Numbered from the stretch's first letter, positions 44,520-52,770 are shown. The stretch is DNA of 64,000 nucleotides from a bacterium (GCA_963628435.1 CAVGEY010000007.1:12831-76830); one strand, 5' to 3'. Numbers and translations are program-made. The notes: generated from the sequence alone by a model not told the origin.

Positions 44520-46811
44520 TCAGACGCCCGATTTAACCTTCCGGAGCTGTTCGCTCTGAAGTGTGTAAAGCCGATAGAAGACGCCTTTTTTCTCAAGAAG
44601 CTCGGCATGAGTTCCCATCTCGGCGAGTTCACCGTTTTCAATTGCCATAATGTAGTCGCAGTTTTTAAGTGTTGACAGCCTGTGCGCGATTGTAATCGAT
44701 GTTCTGCCGACAATCAGTTTGTCAATGGCTTCCGAAATAAGTCGTTCGGTTTCGGTGTCCATTGCCGCGGTTGCCTCATCGAGTATAAGAAGCGACGGAG
44801 AGAGCAGAAGCGCGCGCGCAATGGAAATTCTCTGGCGTTCACCGCCCGACAGCGAACGGCTGCCGCTTCCGACCATCGTCTGATAGCCTTCGGGAAGACT
44901 GAGAATGAAATCGTGAGCGTTTGCCGCGCGTGCCGCGGCTATAACTTCGGCCATTGAAGCATCCGGCTTCGCATATCTGATGTTGTCGGCGATTGTTCCT
45001 CTGAAAAGGAAAATTTCCTGAGAAACTATCGCAATGTTGCGGCGTAAATCTTCGATTTTTATTTTCTTGATGTCGGTGCCGTCGATGCTTACCGAGCCCG
45101 AAACGACATCGTACATTCTCATAATCAGGTTTGCGATTGTTGATTTGCCGCTTCCGGTGTGACCTACAATTCCGACATGGTCGCCTGCGTGAATCGTAAA
45201 CGACAAATCTTTGAGAATCATTCTGTTCGGAGTGTAGTGAAAATGAACACGGTCGAATTTTATCTCTTTTGAGATTGTTTCAAGCGGAACCGCGTCGGGA
45301 GCGTCGACAATGTCGGGAATTGTGTCAAGCGTTTCGAACATACGTGTCGCCGAGTTTGCGGCATCGGTGAAAATGTTCGTGAAGGTCGAGAAGAAATAGA
45401 GCGGGTTGAATATCATTCCGATATATCCGAGATAGGTCGTAAACTCGCCGTATGTCATGTTTCCGCCCATGACCTGAAGTCCGCCGAATCCCCATATTGC
45501 CTGGCTCGACATACCGATGAGAAGATTCGCTACCGGGAATATCGTCAGCGTAATGAGGTTGGTATAAAGATTGACTTCGTACAGCTTCTTCGCGTATTTC
45601 GCAAATCTTTCGTTTTCGGCTTCCTCTTTGGCGAATGCTTTTACCACGCGCACACCGTTCAGCGAATCGGCCATAACCGTGTTCATCGAGGAGCTCCTTC
45701 TCCATCCTATCGAATAGGAATGCCAGAGCTTCGGGAGCATGTGCCTGAAAATCAGAATAATAATCGGAACGGGAACAAAGACTATCAAAGTCAGCTTCCA
45801 GTTTATCATGAAAAGGAAGATTGCGAGTCCGATAAAGTTCAGTACATTTATAATCAGGTACGGAACACCGTCAATGAAAAAGCTTCTGATTCTCACAACA
45901 TCGTTGTCAACCCGGCTGATAAGTCTTCCCGTCGGGTTCTGGTTGTAGTAAGAAAGCGATAACTTCTGAAGAGCGGTGAAAATATCCTTTTTCATCGTTG
46001 CCGTAACTCTGTTTGACATTTCGGCATTTGCTCTGCTTTGCACGATGCCGATAATCAGAGAAACCACGGCAAGCCCGAAAATCAGAAATACAACTGCGTA
46101 AACATAGCGAATGTCATGCAGACTTCCGTCTTTGCTGATAACCTGATCATAGAGCAGTTTGCCGCTTATCATAGGTGAAAGAAGGGATATTCCGGATGTC
46201 GCAAGCAGACAGAACAGGACTTTGGTGAGCTGCCACTTGAACTTTCCGAAATATTTCAGAATACGCAGAATCGTGTGCTTCCCGTCAGTGCAGTATTCGC
46301 AGATTTTGCGCCTTTGATCTTTGAAAGGCCTGCCGCATTTCGGACAGCGGGCGTTGAACTGCTCAAAAAGCGGATCGTCATCGTGAAGTTCTTCGCCCTT
46401 GAAGGTGCGTTCCCAGATCTGCAGGAAAGCGACCATATATTTTTTGCAGGCATTCGTACAGCCGCAGATACAAATGGTCGGGGCTTTCGCGGCAACCGCT
46501 TCCGATTCTTCTTTTGTAAGATCATGCGCGAACGGCTCGGCGGTAAGATGAACGAGAAGTCTGCAAGATGTCGAATAGTTGTCCATATAAGGCTCGGAAA
46601 GCCTGTCAAGATCCCATTTCTCAAAGGAATCGTCATATTCGCAGTATCTGTAAAGGCTATTATTTCCGGTACTCAGAAAAAGCCAGCATTTGCCGAAACT
46701 GCCGTCAAGCCGCAGGTCGACATAAAGCGCGGCGGTAATCGAATCCACGGGAATGTTTTCTTTTGCAAGACGCGCAAGCGCCTGCTCGTCGGGTGTGCAT
46801 AAAGGCAGCAT
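44520..46811 (-). CDS. ABC exporter half-transporter with a ~200-aa N-terminal zinc-ribbon extension; cassette 2, position 1
   Basis: GHTGSGKST, LSGGERQRISIARA, LLILDEATAAMD, ITIAHRLST. CPKC-x11-CEYC at complement 46290-46346. Extra CICGCTNAC cluster. SD AGAGGTGA. Confidence 0.9.
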   Translation of the reverse strand: MLPLCTPDEQALARLAKENIPVDSITAALYVDLRLDGSFGKCWLFLSTGNNSLYRYCEYDDSFEKWDLDRLSEPYMDNYSTSCRLLVHLTAEPFAHDLTKEESEAVAAKAPTICICGCTNACKKYMVAFLQIWERTFKGEELHDDDPLFEQFNARCPKCGRPFKDQRRKICEYCTDGKHTILRILKYFGKFKWQLTKVLFCLLATSGISLLSPMISGKLLYDQVISKDGSLHDIRYVYAVVFLIFGLAVVSLIIGIVQSRANAEMSNRVTATMKKDIFTALQKLSLSYYNQNPTGRLISRVDNDVVRIRSFFIDGVPYLIINVLNFIGLAIFLFMINWKLTLIVFVPVPIIILIFRHMLPKLWHSYSIGWRRSSSMNTVMADSLNGVRVVKAFAKEEAENERFAKYAKKLYEVNLYTNLITLTIFPVANLLIGMSSQAIWGFGGLQVMGGNMTYGEFTTYLGYIGMIFNPLYFFSTFTNIFTDAANSATRMFETLDTIPDIVDAPDAVPLETISKEIKFDRVHFHYTPNRMILKDLSFTIHAGDHVGIVGHTGSGKSTIANLIMRMYDVVSGSVSIDGTDIKKIKIEDLRRNIAIVSQEIFLFRGTIADNIRYAKPDASMAEVIAAARAANAHDFILSLPEGYQTMVGSGSRSLSGGERQRISIARALLLSPSLLILDEATAAMDTETERLISEAIDKLIVGRTSITIAHRLSTLKNCDYIMAIENGELAEMGTHAELLEKKGVFYRLYTLQSEQLRKVKSGV

Positions 46812-46859
46812 ATAAGTTCACCTCTGTCATTTTGAAGAAGAAGTTATCCCAAAAAGTTA

Positions 46860-46888
46860 TTGACATTTTAACCGCATTATGATAGAAT
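46860..46888 (+). promoter_or_regulatory. Promoter pointing toward the AraC-family gene
   Basis: TTGACA, 17 nt, TGa-TAGAAT. Overlaps the opposite-strand promoter. Confidence 0.6.
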
Positions 46889-46893
46889 GTCAA
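46865..46893 (-). promoter_or_regulatory. Promoter for ABC-DUF1854-ABC cassette 2
   Basis: Minus strand TTGACA (46893-46888), 17 nt, TAAAAT (46870-46865), ~50 nt before the ATG at 46811. Confidence 0.7.
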
Positions 46894-47072
46894 TGCAAAT
46901 AACTTACCTAACACTGAAAAAAAATGTTCTGTTTTTTTTCAACAAACGAGGCGTAATTTTTAATTAACTTGTCAAATCGGATTTCGGCGTTTCGAACGTG
47001 AAAACGCGATGACGGTTTACTTGACAAGAAAAAAACGGGTTTTGAATCCGTCGGAAGGGCAAGGGCATAAAT

Positions 47073-47942
47073 ATGGAGCTTCAGAACGATTTTCCGACAA
47101 ATCCGGAAGAACAGTTTACGGTACGGACACTGGTAAATCCGAGCGCGGATATTCATTTTCATCCCGAAATAGAACTGCTGCTTGTGAAAAGCGGAACAAT
47201 CGAGGTTACGGTCGGCGATATGAGTGCCTCTCTCTCGACAGGCGATATTGCCGCAGTCGGCAGATTTGAGCCGCATATGGTCGGTACGCCGAGACAGGCT
47301 GTTGTAAAAGATGTTTCGATTCCCGTAAGAAAAATACCCGATTTTGTTTCGGCATTCAGAAATAAAACGTTCAGTCGTCCTTTTTTAATAAAAGGAAAAA
47401 CGAATATAGGACGGCTCATCGACAGACTCGAAAATGTATCCGAATCCGGCAATCAGCTTCTGATAAAAGGCTATGCGTATCTTATTCTCGGCAGGGCGAT
47501 AGAATTTCTCGGTCTTACCGAAAGGGAATTCAGAAGAGGGGGATCGTCGGCCGTAGTGCGTGAAATGCTTGCCTGTATGGACGAGCATTTCACCGAAGAT
47601 TTGTCGGTAGAGCAGATAGCCGCCGATCTCGGCTACAATAAAGACTATCTGTCGAGAGTTTTCAATGAAGCGATAGGAATGGGATTTTGCCGATATCTGA
47701 ACAATATGAGAGTCCGTTATGCGATACATCTGATTTCGACAACCGATATTTCGGCGGAGCGCATTGCCGAAATGTCCGGATTCGGAAGCACCCATACTTT
47801 TTACGACTGTTTCGGAGATGCCTGCGGATGTACCCCCGGCGAATACAGAAAAAAGCTGAAAAAGAGTACAAATAAATCGGAAAATGTCAATAAATTTCAA
47901 ATAAATGCCGACTCGGCCCGACAAATACAAAAAAAGTCTTGA
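47073..47942 (+). CDS. AraC-family transcriptional regulator (N-terminal cupin-like sensor + C-terminal dual HTH)
   Basis: FHPEIELLLVKSGTIEVTVGD (cupin). C-terminal LSVEQIAADLGYNKDYLSRVF...IAEMSGFGSTHTFYDCF. Confidence 0.85.
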   Translation: MELQNDFPTNPEEQFTVRTLVNPSADIHFHPEIELLLVKSGTIEVTVGDMSASLSTGDIAAVGRFEPHMVGTPRQAVVKDVSIPVRKIPDFVSAFRNKTFSRPFLIKGKTNIGRLIDRLENVSESGNQLLIKGYAYLILGRAIEFLGLTEREFRRGGSSAVVREMLACMDEHFTEDLSVEQIAADLGYNKDYLSRVFNEAIGMGFCRYLNNMRVRYAIHLISTTDISAERIAEMSGFGSTHTFYDCFGDACGCTPGEYRKKLKKSTNKSENVNKFQINADSARQIQKKS

Positions 47943-47967
47943 CTGACGGTTTTTTTTGTGATATACT
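47939..47967 (+). promoter_or_regulatory. Promoter for the SleB-like hydrolase gene (the -35 overlaps the AraC stop codon)
   Basis: TTGACT, 17 nt, TGa-TATACT. Confidence 0.6.
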
Positions 47968-48102
47968 CAGCTGTAATATTACCGAAAAATGACTGTCGGT
48001 GAGTTTTGCGGCACGGATTTTTAATGTCGGCCTTGCGCAATCTTTCCGAAAAACAACGAAAGGAATCTTTCGCAATCGTAAAAGCGAAAGCGCAGATTTA
48101 CA

Positions 48103-49257
48103 ATGATTTTCAAAATCAGGGCAGCGTATGCCGTTCTTCTTTGCGGTGCGGTTACCTTCTGTACCGTGGGAAATCTGGTTTATGAGGCCAAGGACGGCTC
48201 AAAGCCCGTTCCGTATCCCGCTAAAACTTCGAATATTGCCGATTTTGTTTCGGATACGCAGGCAGATACCGATCTGCCGTCTGCGAACGATCATCCGGTA
48301 ACGATTTCAGCTCTCTTTACATCCGAACAGGATGAAGTCGGAGAATGGACGGGAAACAGATATCAGAGTGACAGAATAATAATCTACGATTCTCCGTCGA
48401 CTTTTGAAGCGCAGAATACCTCCGATGCGGTTACAGTCGATACCGCGGTCACCGGGAATGTACTGCCTGTTACAGACGCGATTACGGCAGTCGTTACATC
48501 GGCTCAAACGGCTTCTCCGGTTACCGAAACGAAAAAGCCGGCGACAACCACGACCGCGCAGACTAAAAAGGTGACAACAACAACACAGAAAACCACAACC
48601 GCAAAAAAACAGACCGAGCCCGTAACAACGACAAAAGCGGCAACCACGACGGTAAAGACGACGGCAGCTGCTCCCGTAACCGAACCGGTCACAACCACTG
48701 AGACGGCAGTTGTAACCACATTGCCGCAGACGTCCGAATCACAGACTCCGGTAACCGAGGCCGTGACAACGGCCGAAGTTTTCCCGTATGATCCCGATAT
48801 CGTGTCTCCCTCCGAAATACAGAGTCAGGGCGGACTTCTCGATATAGACGATCCATACGAAACATATAACGGCGGGAAGGTGACCGTAACCGGCGAAGAC
48901 CGTGAACTTCTCGAATGTCTTGTTTACGGAGAGGCAGGCAATCAGGGATTTGTCGGAATCTGCCTTGTCGCTCAGTGCATGAGAGACGCGATGCTATATG
49001 AAGGATTCGATTCGATAGCCGAACTCCGTGCCGGATTCAAGTATGCGGGAAGCATTACAAGAGGAACATCCGAAGAGGTAAAGCGCGCTGTTAAATTTAT
49101 TTTCGATGAAGGCGGCTATGCCGTAAAACATCCGATACTTTATTTCTATGCACCCGCGAACGGAATACCGAACACCAAGGGCTTCCATGAATCGCAGGAA
49201 TTCGTCGTGCAGTATAAAAAATCAAGATTTTTCTGGAAAAAAGGCGGAACGATTTAG
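48103..49257 (+). CDS. Secreted cell-wall hydrolase, SleB/Hydrolase_2-like domain with a Thr-rich linker
   Basis: N-terminal anchor AAYAVLLCGAVTFC. About 100-aa T/P/V/K linker. RELLECLVYGEAGNQGFVGICLVAQCMRDAM. The ATG lacks a clear SD. Confidence 0.7.
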   Translation: MIFKIRAAYAVLLCGAVTFCTVGNLVYEAKDGSKPVPYPAKTSNIADFVSDTQADTDLPSANDHPVTISALFTSEQDEVGEWTGNRYQSDRIIIYDSPSTFEAQNTSDAVTVDTAVTGNVLPVTDAITAVVTSAQTASPVTETKKPATTTTAQTKKVTTTTQKTTTAKKQTEPVTTTKAATTTVKTTAAAPVTEPVTTTETAVVTTLPQTSESQTPVTEAVTTAEVFPYDPDIVSPSEIQSQGGLLDIDDPYETYNGGKVTVTGEDRELLECLVYGEAGNQGFVGICLVAQCMRDAMLYEGFDSIAELRAGFKYAGSITRGTSEEVKRAVKFIFDEGGYAVKHPILYFYAPANGIPNTKGFHESQEFVVQYKKSRFFWKKGGTI

Positions 49258-49281
49258 ATTCCGATAAAACAGTCAAAAGCA

Positions 49282-49330
49282 GCGGTGCTGCCGATGAGGC
49301 GGCACCGCAGCATTTTATATATTTTATTAT
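49282..49330 (+). terminator. Terminator after the SleB-like gene
   Basis: GCGGTGCtGCC / GGCgGCACCGC stem followed by a T-rich tract. Confidence 0.6.
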
Positions 49331-49368
49331 TTTATTTTTTAATGAAGAAAGAAAGGAAGGGCAGAAAA

Positions 49369-50376
49369 ATGAAAAAGCTCTACATCCCCGAAAACTACGA
49401 AAGCAAGATTTCACCGCGCGATACCCAAAAAGCCATTAAACTCATTAAAGACACCTTTCAGCTTGAACTCGGCAAAGCGCTGAATCTTGACCGCGTAACC
49501 GCTCCGATAATCGTTACGAAGGAAAGCGGTATAAACGATGACCTTAACGGCGTTGAGCGCAAAGTGCATTTCACCATGAAGGAAATCGACGGCGTCGGCG
49601 AAGTGGTTCAGTCACTCGCAAAATGGAAGAGGATGACGCTTAATAATTTCGGATACCGACCCGGAGAAGGCATCTATACCGATATGAACGCGATCAGACG
49701 TGATGACGATGTCGACAATACCCACTCGATTTTTGTTGACCAGTGGGACTGGGAAAAAGTCATCACACGTGAGCAGAGAAGCCTTGACTATCTCGCATCC
49801 GTCGCACATGAAGTTGTAAAGACTCTCGCCTATACGAAAAGACTTATAAACGCGCGCTATCCCTGCCTGACCGATACGATATGCGAGGACGTTTTCTGCA
49901 TTACAACTCAGGAGCTTGAGGATATGTACCCGAATAAGACTCCGAAGGAACGCGAGAATGCAATCTGTAAAAAATATAAGACCGTACTGCTGACACAGAT
50001 AGGCGGTGTTCTTAACAGCGGAAAGAAGCACGACGGACGCGCACCCGATTATGACGACTGGTCGCTCAACGGCGATATTCTCGTGTGGAACAGCACACTT
50101 GCTTCCGCATTTGAAATTTCGTCGATGGGAATCAGAGTTGACGCAAAATCGCTCAAAGCACAGCTTGAGATTGCCGATGCCGGCGACCGTGAACGATTCC
50201 CGTATCATAAAGCCATACTTGAGGACAGATATCCTCTTACCGTGGGCGGCGGAATCGGACAGTCGAGAATCTGTATGCTCATTCTCGAAAAGGCTCATAT
50301 CGGTGAGGTTCAGTTCTCTATATGGCCCGAAAGCATGAGAAAAGAAGCCGCCGATGCCGGGATACCGATACTTTAA
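49369..50376 (+). CDS. asnA: Aspartate--ammonia ligase (asparagine synthetase A)
   Basis: MKKLYIPENYESK...TQKAIKLIKD.F, DWEKVI and GGGIGQSR motifs. SD GAAAGGAAGG. Terminator follows. Confidence 0.9.
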   Translation: MKKLYIPENYESKISPRDTQKAIKLIKDTFQLELGKALNLDRVTAPIIVTKESGINDDLNGVERKVHFTMKEIDGVGEVVQSLAKWKRMTLNNFGYRPGEGIYTDMNAIRRDDDVDNTHSIFVDQWDWEKVITREQRSLDYLASVAHEVVKTLAYTKRLINARYPCLTDTICEDVFCITTQELEDMYPNKTPKERENAICKKYKTVLLTQIGGVLNSGKKHDGRAPDYDDWSLNGDILVWNSTLASAFEISSMGIRVDAKSLKAQLEIADAGDRERFPYHKAILEDRYPLTVGGGIGQSRICMLILEKAHIGEVQFSIWPESMRKEAADAGIPIL

Positions 50377-50401
50377 TCGAATATAAAACGGATATAAAAT
50401 C

Positions 50402-50435
50402 ACAACCACCCGCATGGCGGGTGGTTGTTCGTTTT
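50402..50435. terminator. Terminator between asnA and aroK
   Basis: ACAACCACCCGC / GCGGGTGGTTGT 12-bp stem followed by TCGTTTT. Confidence 0.8.
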
Positions 50436-50460
50436 ACGGCATAGTGATAATCTCATATTT

Positions 50461-50976
50461 TCAGTTGTCGGCAGATTTCAGGGCATCGGCAACTGCATAG
50501 ACGCTTTTTGAAAGCGACAGATTTGATATGTCTACCGTGATGTCGGCATATTTCTCGTAAATCGGAGTTCTGTATGCGTAGATGTCATCGAGCGTCTGCC
50601 CCGGTTTCATGGCGATTCCTCTGGATGAAAGGCTTTTAAGATGTGTTTTAAGACATTCGAGCGAAATCTTCAGATACACGATTTTTCCGAGTTTTTTCAG
50701 ATGTTCGGCACCTCTCGGGCAGAGAACGGCAGATCCGCCCGGCGCAATCACATTGTTTTTCATGTTAAGCGAGCAGACAATATCGGCCTCAAGTTCGATA
50801 AATGCGTCTGCACCGAGTCTGTCGACCGTCTTTTGCAATAGTTCTCCCTCGTGTTCCTGTATCACAAGATCAACATCGGTAAAGTTCATGCCGAGTTTTT
50901 TTGCGAGTATTACGCCGATTGAACTTTTTCCGCTTCCCGGCATTCCGATGAGTATTATGTTGTCATTTTTGTTCAT
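50461..50976 (-). CDS. aroK: Shikimate kinase
   Basis: NIILIGMPGSGKSSIGVILAKKLGMNFTDVD. ATG at 50976 with SD AGAGGAA. The longer ORF in the track runs into the promoter repeats. Confidence 0.88.
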   Translation of the reverse strand: MNKNDNIILIGMPGSGKSSIGVILAKKLGMNFTDVDLVIQEHEGELLQKTVDRLGADAFIELEADIVCSLNMKNNVIAPGGSAVLCPRGAEHLKKLGKIVYLKISLECLKTHLKSLSSRGIAMKPGQTLDDIYAYRTPIYEKYADITVDISNLSLSKSVYAVADALKSADN

Positions 50977-51010
50977 AAAATTTAGATTCCTCTGCCTGTG
51001 AATTTTCTTG

Positions 51011-51039
51011 ATTTTATCATTTTGTTCGACTTTTGTCAA
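51011..51039 (-). promoter_or_regulatory. Promoter for aroK
   Basis: Minus strand TTGACA, 17 nt, TGa-TAAAAT. Confidence 0.7.
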
Positions 51040-51062
51040 GTAAAAACATTTGCCGAATAAAA

Positions 51063-51130
51063 TACTTGCCGCCATAAGAATACTTGACAGTATAAAAATA
51101 CTTGACAGTATAAAAATACTTGACAGTATT
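51063..51130. repeat. 18-bp tandem repeat (about 3.8 copies) carrying TTGACA boxes in the aroK/purB divergent region
   Basis: TACTTGACAGTATAAAAA at 51081-51098 and 51099-51116. Partial copy at 51117-51130. Degenerate copy (13/18) at 51063-51080. Confidence 0.9.
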
Positions 51131-51148
51131 TTCAAAATATGGTATACT
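51120..51148 (+). promoter_or_regulatory. Promoter for purB (the -35 lies in the last copy of the 18-bp tandem repeat)
   Basis: TTGACA (51120-51125), 17 nt, TGg-TATACT (51143-51148). Confidence 0.7.
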
Positions 51149-51239
51149 TTTCACCATCAATGAGGCCGCGCGTGTCTGCGGCCGATTGTGAGATTTGCGG
51201 CGGCGCCTGCCGCCGAAGAAAGGTAAAAGGACCATTGCA

Positions 51240-52685
51240 GTGAGCGAAAAAGTCAGCGAAAAAGAAAAATATATTTCTCCGTTTTCCACAAGATACGCAT
51301 CTCCCGAGATGCAGTATGTTTTTTCGGAGGAGTTCAAATTCAGAACATGGAGAAAATTGTGGATATCGCTTGCAAAGGCCGAACAAAAACTCGGACTCGA
51401 TATTACCGATGAACAGATAGAGGAACTTTGCGCGCATGCCGACGATATAAACTTCGAGGATGCGGAGGCAAGAGAAAGAGTTGTAAGACACGATGTAATG
51501 TCTCATGTTTATGCCTACGGACTTCAATGTCCGAAGGCCGCGGGAATTATTCATCTCGGAGCGACATCCTGCTATGTGGGCGATAATACCGATTTGATAA
51601 TAATCCGCGAGGCGTCAAAACTTATTTTGGCAAAAGCCGCACAGGTGCTTAAAAATCTTTCTGAATTCGCGGCAAAGTATAAAGATATGCCTTGCCTTGC
51701 TTATACCCATCTTCAGCCCGCACAGCTCACAACGGTCGGAAAAAGAGCGACTCTTTGGATGAACGAGCTGATAATGGATGTCGAAAATCTCGAATTTCAG
51801 CTTTCGAATCTGAAAATGCTCGGCTCAAAGGGAACAACGGGAACGCAGGCATCGTTTTGCGAACTTTTTGACGGGGACAGCGAAAAAATAAAGAAACTCG
51901 AGCAGATGATAGCCGACGATATGGGGTTTGACGGCTGTGTACCGGTCTCCGGACAGACCTATTCGAGAAAGGTCGATGCCTATTTTCTTTCGGTTATGTC
52001 GGGATTTGCTCAGTCCGCACATAAATTTGCGACCGATCTCAGAATCCTTCAGTCATTTGAGGAGATGGAAGAACCGCTCGAAAAAGAGCAGATAGGCTCA
52101 TCCGCAATGCCGTATAAACGCAATCCGATGCGCGCCGAACGCATTTGTTCACTTGCAAGATACGTTATTGCCGACAGCCAGAATCCGGCGTATACCGCCT
52201 CGGTACAGTGGTTTGAGAGAACACTCGATGATTCGGCAAATAAACGGATTTCGGTTGCCGAAGCCTTTTTGGCGGTCGATGCGATTCTGAATATTTACAT
52301 AAATGTAACCGGCGGAATTGTCGTTTATGATAAAATCGTTGAAAAACGGGTTATGGAAAAACTTCCGTATATGGCAACCGAAAATATCATGATGCTTTCG
52401 GTGAAAAAAGGCGGAAACAGACAGGTTTTGCACGAAAGATTGCGTGAGCATTCTTTTGCCGCCGCACGCAGGGTCAAACTCGAGGGCGGCGAAAACGATT
52501 TGATAGAACGAATTTCATCCGATCCCGAATTTCCGCTGACACGCGAAGAAATATTGGCCGAACTCGATCCGAAAAAATTTATCGGAAGAGCGGCGGAGCA
52601 GACCGAAGAATTTTTGAGCGGGGTGGCAGTGCCGGTTATCGAACGAAACTATAAAGGCGATGTCTCGTTTAAGCTCAAAGTGTGA
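51240..52685 (+). CDS. purB: Adenylosuccinate lyase
   Basis: YISPFSTRYASPEM...F, GSSAMPYKRNP signature. GTG at 51240 lies ~9 nt after GAAAGGTAAAAGG, so the start is moderately uncertain. Confidence 0.88.
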   Translation: MSEKVSEKEKYISPFSTRYASPEMQYVFSEEFKFRTWRKLWISLAKAEQKLGLDITDEQIEELCAHADDINFEDAEARERVVRHDVMSHVYAYGLQCPKAAGIIHLGATSCYVGDNTDLIIIREASKLILAKAAQVLKNLSEFAAKYKDMPCLAYTHLQPAQLTTVGKRATLWMNELIMDVENLEFQLSNLKMLGSKGTTGTQASFCELFDGDSEKIKKLEQMIADDMGFDGCVPVSGQTYSRKVDAYFLSVMSGFAQSAHKFATDLRILQSFEEMEEPLEKEQIGSSAMPYKRNPMRAERICSLARYVIADSQNPAYTASVQWFERTLDDSANKRISVAEAFLAVDAILNIYINVTGGIVVYDKIVEKRVMEKLPYMATENIMMLSVKKGGNRQVLHERLREHSFAAARRVKLEGGENDLIERISSDPEFPLTREEILAELDPKKFIGRAAEQTEEFLSGVAVPVIERNYKGDVSFKLKV

Positions 52686-52770
52686 TATGGGATATAGATT
52701 CAACAGAAACGATATAACGATAAAATGATGCACTCTGTGAGTGCATCGGCGAATTAAGGGGAAATGTAAA

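Noticed and set aside
46923-46952. A mini-ORF MFCFFSTNEA in the + strand leader of the AraC gene, considered as a leader or signalling peptide. The 86-aa ORF at 47009-47269 was considered too.
   Set aside because: The mini-ORF has no SD and sits in A/T homopolymer runs. The 86-aa ORF overlaps the AraC gene out of frame and has no motif. Neither has support beyond being open.
47968-48102. A possible c-di-AMP (ydaO) riboswitch upstream of the SleB-like cell-wall hydrolase.
   Set aside because: The gene context fits, but I could not find the pseudo-symmetric ydaO conserved elements (ACGGGGA / CCCA-type cores). The ~135-nt leader shows no convincing structure. Only an Rfam cmscan could revive this call.
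48530-48720. Repetitive ACN-rich DNA, and the similar GAA/AAA-rich tract at 63000-63130.
   Set aside because: These are in-frame low-complexity coding linkers (Thr/Pro/Val/Lys-rich in the hydrolase, Lys/Glu-rich in the YtfI-like protein), not independent repeat elements.
50977-51135. N-terminal extension of the aroK ORF with a striking ILSSIF-ILSSIF-ILSSIL repeat.
   Set aside because: This is the translation of the 18-bp promoter-region tandem DNA repeat. Shikimate kinase homology starts at MNKNDNIILIGMPGSGKS (ATG 50976), which has its own SD and promoter.
51149-51239. A possible purine or ZTP (pfl) riboswitch in the purB leader. Two GC-rich hairpins lie at 51164-51183 and 51198-51215.
   Set aside because: The conserved ZTP core (GGGUCGUGAC / CCGCCUGGGC) and the purine-riboswitch junction sequences are not present. 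The leader is too short (~90 nt) and the hairpins are simple. They may just be leader structure.
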